This document shows positions 1 to 9,352 of a stretch of DNA of 64,000 nt, one piece after another. Origin of the DNA: Bdellovibrionales bacterium. Lineage in GTDB: Bacteria; Bdellovibrionota; Bdellovibrionia; Bdellovibrionales; UBA1609. The notes beneath the pieces were generated by a model, which ran no database searches, was not told the origin of the DNA, and was given only the letters and a program-made list of their open reading frames with translations. The stretch lies in contig JBFWON010000004.1 of NCBI GenBank assembly GCA_050250515.1, positions 3,248-67,247 of the forward strand. Reading direction: 5' to 3'. Position 1 is the stretch's first letter; every line of letters begins with the position of its first letter. A program made the translations under genes and the position numbers.

Positions 1-2
1 CC

Positions 3-296
3 CAAATTTCCATGCATCATCATGAAAATATCACGGGCAGAGGATTTCCTTACCGGCTGTTGAAATCAAAAATTCACCCTTTAGCAAAACTTATTTCCGT
101 GGTCGACGAGTTCTGCCTCTTAGTGCTGAAATCCCCCGGGATGCCGGAACCAATCTCAGCTCAAGATGCGCTGGGACGGATTTACTCGTTGAAACGGGAG
201 GAATTAGACATGAGTTTTCTGCGAGCATTGATGCAACTTTTTGATTACCCGATCCCACTGGATATGCCAGTTTCAAGCCTGCCGAAGTTGAACTAG
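3..296 (+). CDS. HD-GYP domain protein, C-terminal part (5' truncated by window edge)
   Basis: HHHENITGRGFP resembles the HHExxDGxGYP motif; followed by AKLISVVDEF; frame is open to the left edge. Confidence 0.75.
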   Translation, partial: QISMHHHENITGRGFPYRLLKSKIHPLAKLISVVDEFCLLVLKSPGMPEPISAQDALGRIYSLKREELDMSFLRALMQLFDYPIPLDMPVSSLPKLN

Positions 297-372
297 TGGG
301 AGCATCAAACTATTGTTTATCGACGTCTTTGATGCGCTCCCTGTCCATGTGGTACATGTCTGCCGCGAGTAA

Positions 373-398
373 TGAAGGGCTCAATCTTGAACCCTTCA
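373..398. terminator. Hairpin between convergent genes, possible bidirectional terminator
   Basis: tgaagggctcaa-tc-ttgaacccttca imperfect inverted repeat; no strong U-tract. Confidence 0.35.
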
Positions 399-406
399 CA
401 CTCTGA

Positions 407-1324
407 CTACTTACAAATCTTAAAGAGCTGATCGATTTTGCCAACGTTTTCAAGGAAGTAACAGGGGCCGGAGTTTCCATTGATCACGCCCATCGCAGAT
501 CGTGGAAAACCCGAGGTCTGCAGACCCGTGCCTGAATCCCAAGTCTCGATCCCATCGCGGCCAAAACCAGTGTCGAGAGATTTCATCTGCGGATAACCCG
601 CACGCAAAGTGACTTCGACTCTAAACGTGCCATCGACCCAAGGACGCGGCTGAGCCTCTGAACAAGTCTGCGAAGTGATTTTCATGCGACCGGCGCCATT
701 GGCCGTCAATTGCACTTGTGTCAGGTCCATCACCCAAATATTACCCTGAGCATTACAAATGGCATAGCGAGCCTGCGTGTACTGCTCGGCAATTTTGGCT
801 TCTTGCTGTGGTTTCGGATCCGGGAGCGAACCTCGCGCATACAACGGCTCTTCCGTAAGAACACCCATTCCTTCACCCGCCGCAAAGTCAGCGATGTAGA
901 ATACGTTTTTATCTAACCTAACATTCTCCTTGGTCAATTGGTGGGCTCCGCCGTCCAATTCGAAAGCATATTGAACGGTGTAGATGTCTTGGTTGAGTTT
1001 CTCAACAAAGCGATAGGGCCCCGCTAACTTCTTACTCTCAATTAATCGGGTGCATTTTTTGTCGCCAAAAGTCGTCGTCGTGCGCTCAACTCGGTCGGCC
1101 GTGTACACAATCGCGAATTTGCGAAAGGTGCCTGCTGACTTCCAATTGGGATTGCACTCTGAGTCCCACGCGCCCTGGATATTGGGACCGGGAACGGAAG
1201 GCGTCTCATCACCAAAAAAGGTGACCTTGGGATTTCCCTTACCACCTGGATCGTCTTTCTTTTTGCCGCATGCACCGATAACGAAGACCGCGACGACCGC
1301 CACGGCCAAATTTAGCTTTGACAT
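407..1324 (-). CDS. Hypothetical lipoprotein
   Basis: 305 aa ORF; lipobox-like signal VFVIGAC; AAGGAG RBS upstream. Confidence 0.75.
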   Translation of the reverse strand: MSKLNLAVAVVAVFVIGACGKKKDDPGGKGNPKVTFFGDETPSVPGPNIQGAWDSECNPNWKSAGTFRKFAIVYTADRVERTTTTFGDKKCTRLIESKKLAGPYRFVEKLNQDIYTVQYAFELDGGAHQLTKENVRLDKNVFYIADFAAGEGMGVLTEEPLYARGSLPDPKPQQEAKIAEQYTQARYAICNAQGNIWVMDLTQVQLTANGAGRMKITSQTCSEAQPRPWVDGTFRVEVTLRAGYPQMKSLDTGFGRDGIETWDSGTGLQTSGFPRSAMGVINGNSGPCYFLENVGKIDQLFKICK

Positions 1325-1452
1325 ATTCTCTCCTTACGAACGTTTTTAATTCTTTTGGAGATACAGCAAGGCGAAGGTCCATTTCTATTAAACTTACACC
1401 GGTAGACCAAAAGAATGTTCGGCAATGTTTGTTCCAGTAGCGGCCGTTAGGC

Positions 1453-2976
1453 CTACAAACGGTGCATCGTGATCAAGCGCGCGCGCTTTTGCGAATCGAT
1501 TGTGAACAACAGGCGATATCTCTTCCGCTCGCCTCGAACCTCGCTACGATAAATGGCCTCCGAGGTCGGTTGCGCCTGACTGACAAATCTCAAAGCTCGC
1601 GTGATTTCATCATCATCTAGATTTTCTTTAATCGCGAGTCTTGCCGCCACCGGACCTGAAACGGTGATCCGATCGTACGGGTGGCCCGCAATTACAACGG
1701 GCTGGACCCCAAGACGGTACTGACTTGTGCGAAAGTGAAACTGGACAGCCACATCACGCCAGTAGCTTCGCTGTTCTTCCTGACTAAACTCTTCGAAACT
1801 CTGCACAGTCACGACGGCCACATTTCCGCCCCGTGGATCAAATGCAAAGGTGAAGTAACTATGATCATCCAACTTGTGTTCTGGCAGTGGTGAGTAATGC
1901 AATTGATAGCGACCCCCTTCAATCGGCAAGGCCCAGTGAATTTTGTTTTTTAGAAATTCAGCGAAGTGGTCCGCATTAGAAACAAAGTTGCGCCATTGAA
2001 CATTGGGATGAAACTCGATTCCCAGTTGCCACTTCCGATCTTCTATGGGCTCAGGTCTGGGCAATCTGGCTTGTGGATTTGGGGGAGTGTCGACCGAGGT
2101 GGCTTCATTTTCGGCCGGGCCAAATGGAATCAAGGGAACAACGACAACCATCTGCTCCCCAAGGTCGCTGCCCAAGCGCAACCCACGGCTCGTGACCAAT
2201 GCCGCTTCGGTCGAGTCGGTCAGCTCTTGCAAATTCTCGGGACCCTTAGATCCCATGAAACGATTCATGGGTACCGGATCTTTCTGCATTATGCCCGGCA
2301 CCTTCTGCGGCAGGTTTGGTAGGGCCGCCCGCCCCGTCAATCGGTAAAGCTCCCTAAACAACTCAGGGCGGCCCGCCCAAGAGGGATGAACGACAGCCCA
2401 TGCCGGCTTTTCATAGTAAGTAATGAGAGCAATGGGTCGCTCAGGCGTGAGTCGAGTTTCAAATGGATCAAAAACGCTTCGCCCGGCCCGCCGGTAAGCC
2501 CAGTCGGTTAGCGTAATTAAGGTTGGTTCAAAAGCACCGATGGTCACGTCATCGGCATTCGCCGCGGCCGACGGAGTCTCGACCTGGCGTGAAGGGACAT
2601 CCACCCACATAAGCCGATCAAATTTTTCCTGTAGGTCGTACAAGACGACAATCAAGTTTCGACGGCTACCTCGCACCGTTAGAGAAAAAATAATGGATTG
2701 TTCGTCGTGCAGAAAAGGTAGAAAGCGCAATTCCACCTGCCGCGCGGCGGCCTGATCCTGCATCTTCTTCAGGTCGGCTGAGGTCTTTAATAGAGTCGTA
2801 CGCCCCCGAAGCTCACCCGCTATGACTTCATCCAAATGCGAATGATCGGACTCCGCCAACCATTTGGTTACCGTTTCACTGAGGCGCGCCACCAGGCGTT
2901 GTTCACAATTTTCAATCTCGACTGCGAACGACACGGTTGGCTTTAATAGCGCTAGAAAGATGAAATACGACAACAC
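1453..2976 (-). CDS. Secreted hypothetical protein with N-terminal CEQRL tag and possible tandem DUF4258/BECR-like C-terminal domains
   Basis: 507 aa ORF; signal peptide ending VSFA, then VEIENCEQRL; fold call is inference. Confidence 0.65.
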   Translation of the reverse strand: MLSYFIFLALLKPTVSFAVEIENCEQRLVARLSETVTKWLAESDHSHLDEVIAGELRGRTTLLKTSADLKKMQDQAAARQVELRFLPFLHDEQSIIFSLTVRGSRRNLIVVLYDLQEKFDRLMWVDVPSRQVETPSAAANADDVTIGAFEPTLITLTDWAYRRAGRSVFDPFETRLTPERPIALITYYEKPAWAVVHPSWAGRPELFRELYRLTGRAALPNLPQKVPGIMQKDPVPMNRFMGSKGPENLQELTDSTEAALVTSRGLRLGSDLGEQMVVVVPLIPFGPAENEATSVDTPPNPQARLPRPEPIEDRKWQLGIEFHPNVQWRNFVSNADHFAEFLKNKIHWALPIEGGRYQLHYSPLPEHKLDDHSYFTFAFDPRGGNVAVVTVQSFEEFSQEEQRSYWRDVAVQFHFRTSQYRLGVQPVVIAGHPYDRITVSGPVAARLAIKENLDDDEITRALRFVSQAQPTSEAIYRSEVRGERKRYRLLFTIDSQKRARLITMHRL

Positions 2977-2992
2977 AACTCAAAGACACCTA

Positions 2993-3008
2993 AGCAAGTG
3001 GTGTGCCG
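2993..3008 (-). promoter_or_regulatory. Putative sigma54 -24/-12 promoter
   Basis: Minus strand CGGCAC-ACCAC-TTGCT, exact GG-N10-GC spacing, just upstream of the 2976 start. Confidence 0.65.
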
Positions 3009-3182
3009 CGATCGCGGTGGACAGCCGGTGTGTGAAACACTCCTGGTCCACCGTGAATTTTTATTCGGGGCGAAAAGAGCCTAGCTTCGGGAATTTTGCA
3101 CCCCCCACCTGGCACTTTTTGTCCGCTACAGTTTTGCTTTATTTTTTTCTTGCCGAGCGTCTCCTCGCGGCGCTCCTGGAAA

Positions 3183-4187
3183 TCACTCCGTCAGAATATA
3201 GTTGATGGGATCAACTGCGATACCGTGAATGCGGACTTCGTAATGCAAATGCGGGCCGGTGGATCGGCCGGTGCTACCAACTGCCGAGATCACGTCCCAA
3301 CGGTGCACTTTTTGACCTTGCTCTACGAATACGCGCGAGTTGTGACCAAAACGAGTGACCACACCATAGCCGTGATCAACGGATACTAACTTACCATAGC
3401 CACTTTCATAACCGACATAGGACACCACCCCGTCGGCCGGAGCATAAACAGGTGTCCCAGACGGAGCCGCCATATCAATGCCCGCATGCATCTCGGGACG
3501 GTTGGTGTAGGGATCCACTCGATAACCAAATCGTGAAGTGAACCATCCCCGGGTCGGCTTAATCGAAGGTGTCGACAGAAGTAAGGTTTGGCGCTCGGAC
3601 AAAGAATCCCAAAGCTGCAACACCCCTTGCTCGCGAAGCTGCGATTCACGCAGAGCCCGGTCGACTCGCACAGAGAGAGAAGCAAAATCTTTGTTGGAAT
3701 CGCGCGATAGACTTAGCTCACCGGATTTTTCATCGGTCACCGGCTTTTCTGCAGGCACTGGATCGCGAATCATAAACTCGCTAGAGGGAAGACGGTTCAC
3801 AGAGGGTGGCTCCACGTCCATCGCGCCACCACGGGTGGCAGGACTGAGCGCCAGCTTTAGTACGCGCTCTTCATCCTCGACACTGGTGATCAGATTCAAT
3901 TTTTTAGTGAAGTTTTGAATACGCTCGAGCGAGGCTTCGAGGACGGTCAGTTTGCCCTCAGCCACTTCAAACTGCTTTTTGAGCATGGCATTCTCGGCCC
4001 TTAGGGAAGCATTTTCGTTGATCTTCAAAAGCAGTCCGAAATAATCCAAAGTAGCCGATGCTGCCAAAAGCAGCATAATAAAGGCTAAAAAGCTAAACGC
4101 CTTCACCCAGCTCGCCTTTAGGCTAAGCTTCCAGGTGTCGCCGTGCCGATTACTTGCCACTAAGACTGTGTAAATCTTGTTTTCCAT
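3183..4187 (-). CDS. M23 family metallopeptidase with N-terminal TM helix and coiled coil
   Basis: HAGIDM and STGPHLHYEV zinc motifs. Confidence 0.93.
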   Translation of the reverse strand: MENKIYTVLVASNRHGDTWKLSLKASWVKAFSFLAFIMLLLAASATLDYFGLLLKINENASLRAENAMLKKQFEVAEGKLTVLEASLERIQNFTKKLNLITSVEDEERVLKLALSPATRGGAMDVEPPSVNRLPSSEFMIRDPVPAEKPVTDEKSGELSLSRDSNKDFASLSVRVDRALRESQLREQGVLQLWDSLSERQTLLLSTPSIKPTRGWFTSRFGYRVDPYTNRPEMHAGIDMAAPSGTPVYAPADGVVSYVGYESGYGKLVSVDHGYGVVTRFGHNSRVFVEQGQKVHRWDVISAVGSTGRSTGPHLHYEVRIHGIAVDPINYILTE

Positions 4188-4241
4188 AGCCCCTTAATTG
4201 TGACCCAAGAACCTCAATCTAGGGGTAATTAGCAAAATGCG

Positions 4242-4976
4242 TCAACCGTCAATTCGGGGCCGAATAAGAATGACTGAAATATTGTCGTCGCCGCCCGCTA
4301 ATTTGGCCTCTTTGATGCAGTTCGGCACGACCTCTTCGGGGCGGCTTTGTTTGAAAATTTCCGCGATTTTCTCAGGAGCTACCATCGATGTTAGACCATC
4401 GGAGCATAGAAGGTAGAGCTCCTCCTTAGCGGGCTCCCGCTCCAAAATATCGACCAGGACATCGCGCTCAAATCCGACGCTTCGGGTGATCACATTTCGT
4501 CCCACCACGTGGGGGGCTTCTTCTTCCGAAATGACCCCGGCCCGGACCTGCTCGTTGATCAAGGAATGATCCTCGGTCAATTGCCATAAACCTGAGGGGA
4601 CATAGAGGTAGGCCCTGGAATCGCCCACATTCCCAATAAAAATTCGGCCACGAGTCTCCCAAAACAGGACCATGGTCGTGCCCATTCCCATCAGTTCCGG
4701 GGACTCAAAAGTACTTTTGTGATGAATGCGGCTACTCGCTTCGCGGTAGGCATCCCCAATAATTTTTCGAGGAGTCAATTTGTTATCGCCGCTCTTTCTG
4801 GCGACTATTTCCTGGACAGTCTCAATGGCTATAGCCGAAGCGACCTCACCCCCCTTATGTCCGCCCATACCATCGGCCACCACATAAAGATTGTGATCAT
4901 GGTCCACCAGGATCGCGTCCTGGTTTATATCGCGCTTTAAGCCAACATCAGTTTGTCCCCAGACATCAAACTTCAT
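4242..4976 (-). CDS. PP2C-family (Stp1/PrpC-like) Ser/Thr protein phosphatase
   Basis: NQD, VADGMGGH, NVGDSR, CSDGL, GGDDNIS motifs. Confidence 0.95.
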   Translation of the reverse strand: MKFDVWGQTDVGLKRDINQDAILVDHDHNLYVVADGMGGHKGGEVASAIAIETVQEIVARKSGDNKLTPRKIIGDAYREASSRIHHKSTFESPELMGMGTTMVLFWETRGRIFIGNVGDSRAYLYVPSGLWQLTEDHSLINEQVRAGVISEEEAPHVVGRNVITRSVGFERDVLVDILEREPAKEELYLLCSDGLTSMVAPEKIAEIFKQSRPEEVVPNCIKEAKLAGGDDNISVILIRPRIDG

Positions 4977-5088
4977 GTCAGCAGTTTGACACGTCCAAGT
5001 TTCATCTGTCGAGGGAAAGCTTGGCCAATAGCCATTAAGCCCGGAACATTTCCAGCCGATAAAAAAAGACGTGATTCGAGGTCTAAGG

Positions 5089-6006
5089 ATGCAGAAAAAG
5101 TCCCGTAAGAAGTATCCCGTTTTTCTTCTGCTGTCGGTGGTACTGCACCTTTTAATTGCCCTTTATTTGTCTCAGTCTGAGGCACCTCCCATTATTCGAA
5201 CCACCAAAGTGGAGGTTGAATACGTTACGCCAGAAGATTTGGCTCCCGTAGAAGAGGGCAAAAAGTCACCGAATCGGAAGATCAAAGAAAAAATGATGAA
5301 TCAGGTCGTTGAGCAGGAAAAGCGCATCAATGACGAGAAAGACGAAAAGACGCACCTACTCAGCGCCTTTGATCAAAAAGTTGTGAAACAAACGCGGGCC
5401 CAAGAATCGGGCAAATTTCGCAATACGGCTGCTGGAGGCAAGACGGACACCGGCCGTAAAGACGGCGACAAAATGTCGGCCAACGAAGAAGAACAAAAGC
5501 ATAAAAGGAAAGCCCACGATAAAGGCGATTTGCCGGATCTAAAAGACCTCACACCAAAATTTTCTCTGAATCCGGGGCAAAAAGGTTTGAACGTGGACAC
5601 TTCTGGCGATCCATCACGGACGGATGACTATTTGAAAGACGTTCAGTCCGGGTTGCAAACTTTGTTGAGCACGCGCGAATTTATTTACTACACCTACTAC
5701 AGTCGAATCAAAGATGCCCTTCGCCAGCACTGGGAACCCAACGTAAAAGAAAAGGTGAAAATCATTTATCGTAAGGGTCGAAACATCGCCTCAGCCAAAG
5801 ATCGAATTACGCAAGTCATGGTCACCCTCGACAAACAAGGTGAGCTGATCAAGGTCGAGGTTCTCTCTCGTAGTGGCGTCGATTCTTTGGACGATGCGGC
5901 CGTGGAAGCTTTTCGATCGGCCGCGCCGTTCCCCAATCCGCCTCACGGCATGATCGAGCAAGACGGCACAATCAAAATTCGATGGGATTTCGTGTTGGAA
6001 GCATGA
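5089..6006 (+). CDS. TonB/TolA C-terminal domain protein
   Basis: N-terminal TM with SVVLH; C-terminal SRSGVDSLDDAAVEAFRSAAPFPNPP; ATG 5089 preferred over GTG 5071. Confidence 0.85.
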   Translation: MQKKSRKKYPVFLLLSVVLHLLIALYLSQSEAPPIIRTTKVEVEYVTPEDLAPVEEGKKSPNRKIKEKMMNQVVEQEKRINDEKDEKTHLLSAFDQKVVKQTRAQESGKFRNTAAGGKTDTGRKDGDKMSANEEEQKHKRKAHDKGDLPDLKDLTPKFSLNPGQKGLNVDTSGDPSRTDDYLKDVQSGLQTLLSTREFIYYTYYSRIKDALRQHWEPNVKEKVKIIYRKGRNIASAKDRITQVMVTLDKQGELIKVEVLSRSGVDSLDDAAVEAFRSAAPFPNPPHGMIEQDGTIKIRWDFVLEA

Positions 6007-6572
6007 AGGTACTATTGTTGAGCGGTTACCGCACCAGTGAGAATCAGGAAGATCCGCTTGGAGTGGGACGCACGCCCACCGGCGAGCGTCTTTTGGACCG
6101 CCAGATTCACCTTCTCAGTCAGCTGGGGATGGAAGTCATCTGTGTTTTGGCGGGTCACTCGGCCGATGAGCAACTTCGACTTTGCCCTCGCATTGCCAAC
6201 ACCGAACTCGTGTTCGACTCAAACGAAACCACAACCTTGGCCACCAACGCCAAATCAGGACTCGCCGCAGCACCAGGTGAGAGCTGTTTTATCATGCCCA
6301 TCGAAATTTCGATTCCTCCAGGTGACCTCTGGCGGGCTCTAAAACAGGAAGGCTTTAAGTTTAAGAACACCGAGGCCTGCCATGTGCTGCAGGCCATCAA
6401 TGATGGGGGCTCACCGTGGCACTATGGTTTTCCCTTATTTGTTACGCCATTCGGCAATCGACAGATTCGGGAGCTCAACCAATTCGTCAGCCTCACGGAC
6501 CCTCGCCTGCTGTTTCATAAGGTTGTCTTCGACACCGAGACAGACCTTGCGCCGATCGCAAAGGCCTCCTAA
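6003..6572 (+). CDS. Divergent MobA-like NTP-transferase-fold protein
   Basis: MKVLLLSG start overlapping the upstream stop (ATGA); LLDRQI..L, VICVLAG, FIMPIE and HYGFP resemble a degenerate NTP_transf_3 fold. Confidence 0.5.
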   Translation: MKVLLLSGYRTSENQEDPLGVGRTPTGERLLDRQIHLLSQLGMEVICVLAGHSADEQLRLCPRIANTELVFDSNETTTLATNAKSGLAAAPGESCFIMPIEISIPPGDLWRALKQEGFKFKNTEACHVLQAINDGGSPWHYGFPLFVTPFGNRQIRELNQFVSLTDPRLLFHKVVFDTETDLAPIAKAS

Positions 6573-6583
6573 ATTGTTCCCCT

Positions 6584-9352
6584 ATGCCCAAAAAACTGGA
6601 TTTTTCCGTATTAGATTCAATAGCTAGACGCGCGCACTATCTGGCCAACAAGATGATCCACGTTGCCAATCACCGCAACAATGTGGAAAAAGGCGACCCC
6701 AAAGTGGGGGGCCACTCCTCCGCCAGCTCAAGCGCGCTTCACGTACTTGGCTGCCTGCATTTGGTGATGCGTAGTGGATATGATTGGATCGCCAACAAGC
6801 CGCACGCGGCGCCGGCCGATCATGCGTACAATTATTTGTTAGAGCTTTTACTCAATCCCGATTTATCGAAGCTCACCTTGGAAGAGGCCAACACGGCCAT
6901 GGGCAACTTGCGGGCCTTCCCGCGTGGCGATGAATGGGTCTTTCAATCCTATCATTCGGCTTACGATCCCGATCACCACAACTTCTTCCCCTCTGGAACC
7001 GTGGGGATTCCACCCGTCAATGCCGGTTACCTGGCCCTGGCCTACTCGTACGCGGCTCGCCACGGGTATGACGTCCCCAAAGCTCATTTCTGGGCCATTA
7101 TGGGGGACTCAGAATTTCGCGAAGGCTCCCTCGCCGAGGCGATCCCCGACTTCGCTGAGCGTGAGTTAGGCAATCTCACCTGGATCTTAGATTTCAATCG
7201 CCAAAGCTTAGACGGCCATCGCATCACCAATCAGAAAATCATGTCGGCCAACGATGATGTGCGAATTCAACGAATGATGGAGGCCAATGGCTGGCACGTC
7301 GTACATGCCCGCCATGGTCGTTTTCGAACTGAACTTTTTAATAACGATGGGGGTAAGCGCTTTCAGGAGATCTTTGAAGGCCGCTTAAGTGATTATGAGC
7401 TGCAAGTTCTGCTGCTACTCCCCGACGGCAAGGCCATTCGCCAACTGCTGATGGAACATGATGCTCAACTCGAGAAGTTTCTCAAAAAAGTTTCGGATCC
7501 AGATCTGCATAAAGCCGTTCACGATTTTGGCGGCCATGATTTTCACACTTTGATGACGGCCTTTGAAGAGTCAAAGGCAGAAACCAAACGCCCGACTATG
7601 GTGCTCGCCCACACAATTAAAGGTTGGGGCCTCAAAATGGCAGCCAATCCGGGCAATCACTCGGCCATTCCGGATGAGGACGAATTGCAAATCCTCGCGG
7701 ATCGCACGAAAATGCCGAAAGGTGAAGCCTTCGCTCGCTTCGACGCCAAATCACCCGAGGGCGAATATCTGCGTCAGCGCGGTCAAACCATCTTGGAGGA
7801 AATCAAGGGGCAAAAGTTACTGAAGGAGAAGAATGAGAAATTCTTCGCCTCGATGGCCGATACGTTGGGCGAAATGGGAAGTTCCCTCGACATCAACTAT
7901 AAAATGGCCAGTTACCCCCACACTCAGTGGATGTTGGGTCAATTGACCGCCAAACTCACCCGCATAGCCAACACGCCCCTGGATGAAAAGGATTTGCGCG
8001 AAAGACAAAAGCCCCTAAACGAACTGGAAAAATCTTTTAAACTGGCTGGAGAGATGATTGTCTCCATGGCGCCCGACGTGGGAACAAGCACCAACTTGAA
8101 TCCTTCGATGGATGGCAAGATATACAGCGCCAATGATGTGGAAGATGTCGAGACCGAAATGGGCGTCAAAGACAAAACAGTCCCCGATTTGGTGCCGGGT
8201 GAGGATGTGACCGATCGATTTTTGCGCTTCGATATAGTCGAAGGCAACGTCATGTCGTGCATGGGTTCATTTGGAAAAATCAGAGACACATTAGGCATTC
8301 CGCTGATTCCTCTAATGACGGTCTACGACTTTTTTATTAAGCGCGCCCTCGACCAATTGTTTTACAACCTCTACTGGCGTTCGGCTTTTATTCTGGTTGG
8401 CACGCCCTCTGGAGTGACCCTGTCGCCCGAAGGGGCTCAGCATGGCTGGAAGTCCGATATTCAAATTCCAAACCAAATCACTTGGGAGCCTTACTTTGTC
8501 CAGGAGCTCGACTGGATCTTGGTGGAAAGTCTTCGTCGTCTGCTGAAGCAAGACGATCACGATCGAAGCGGCGTAATCATTCGTGGAGTCACCCGCGGCG
8601 CGGATCAAAAGAACTTTCTCAAATATCTGAAGATGCAAAGACGATTCAAAACTGGTGTTGGCTCTGAAGCCCTGAGTGTGGCCGGCATGGCCACAGCCGG
8701 TGGTGTGGAAGAAAATTCGTTTGAATCTCAGTCAGAAGTCGAAATTTTGAACACGATCCGCCAAGAAGTTTTGGCTGGAGCCTATAAGTTGATCGACTTT
8801 GAAGGTTACGCCGGCTATGAGCCCGGCGACAATGTGGTTCATCTATTTGCGATGGGTGCCCTTGTCACAGAAGCCATTGAGGCCTCCACGCAATTACTTG
8901 AGCGCGGAATCTACGCCAACGTTATCGTGGTCACTTGTCCGGATCTATTAGTCGGAAACTTAGGCCACACCGATGGCTATCAGCATCTTCGCCAAGACCT
9001 GGGCATCAATGCCAACCTCTTCGTAAGTGGTTTTGATATGAACTCGCCGGGAGACTTGGCCACCATGGCCGGGCGAAGGATTCCGATTGTGAGTGTGCAT
9101 GATGGTGAACCTGGTCTGCTGGACAATATCGGCTCCCTGATCGGAGTCCGGCAAGAGAGCTTGGCGGTCCGCAAGCACAGCAAATGTGGCCGCCCGCGCG
9201 ATGTCTATGAATACCATAGTTTGGATGCGGCTTCTATTGTTGAGTCTGCGATGCAAGTGCTGACCGAGACCGCCTTGGAAAATCTCACGGCAGGGGCGAA
9301 GCCGACTTCGTGGGGCCATTCAGACAATGACGAAATTCCTAGCCATCTTTAG
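6584..9352 (+). CDS. aceE: Pyruvate dehydrogenase E1 component, homodimeric AceE type
   Basis: KVGGH, TPP motif MGDSEFREG...LDFNRQSLDG, SGVTLSPEGAQH; 922 aa. Confidence 0.85.
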   Translation: MPKKLDFSVLDSIARRAHYLANKMIHVANHRNNVEKGDPKVGGHSSASSSALHVLGCLHLVMRSGYDWIANKPHAAPADHAYNYLLELLLNPDLSKLTLEEANTAMGNLRAFPRGDEWVFQSYHSAYDPDHHNFFPSGTVGIPPVNAGYLALAYSYAARHGYDVPKAHFWAIMGDSEFREGSLAEAIPDFAERELGNLTWILDFNRQSLDGHRITNQKIMSANDDVRIQRMMEANGWHVVHARHGRFRTELFNNDGGKRFQEIFEGRLSDYELQVLLLLPDGKAIRQLLMEHDAQLEKFLKKVSDPDLHKAVHDFGGHDFHTLMTAFEESKAETKRPTMVLAHTIKGWGLKMAANPGNHSAIPDEDELQILADRTKMPKGEAFARFDAKSPEGEYLRQRGQTILEEIKGQKLLKEKNEKFFASMADTLGEMGSSLDINYKMASYPHTQWMLGQLTAKLTRIANTPLDEKDLRERQKPLNELEKSFKLAGEMIVSMAPDVGTSTNLNPSMDGKIYSANDVEDVETEMGVKDKTVPDLVPGEDVTDRFLRFDIVEGNVMSCMGSFGKIRDTLGIPLIPLMTVYDFFIKRALDQLFYNLYWRSAFILVGTPSGVTLSPEGAQHGWKSDIQIPNQITWEPYFVQELDWILVESLRRLLKQDDHDRSGVIIRGVTRGADQKNFLKYLKMQRRFKTGVGSEALSVAGMATAGGVEENSFESQSEVEILNTIRQEVLAGAYKLIDFEGYAGYEPGDNVVHLFAMGALVTEAIEASTQLLERGIYANVIVVTCPDLLVGNLGHTDGYQHLRQDLGINANLFVSGFDMNSPGDLATMAGRRIPIVSVHDGEPGLLDNIGSLIGVRQESLAVRKHSKCGRPRDVYEYHSLDAASIVESAMQVLTETALENLTAGAKPTSWGHSDNDEIPSHL

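Noticed and set aside
1365-1381. Sigma54-like TGGACC...TTGCT upstream of the 407-1324 lipoprotein
   Set aside because: Spacing is GG-N11-GC; sigma54 requires N10.
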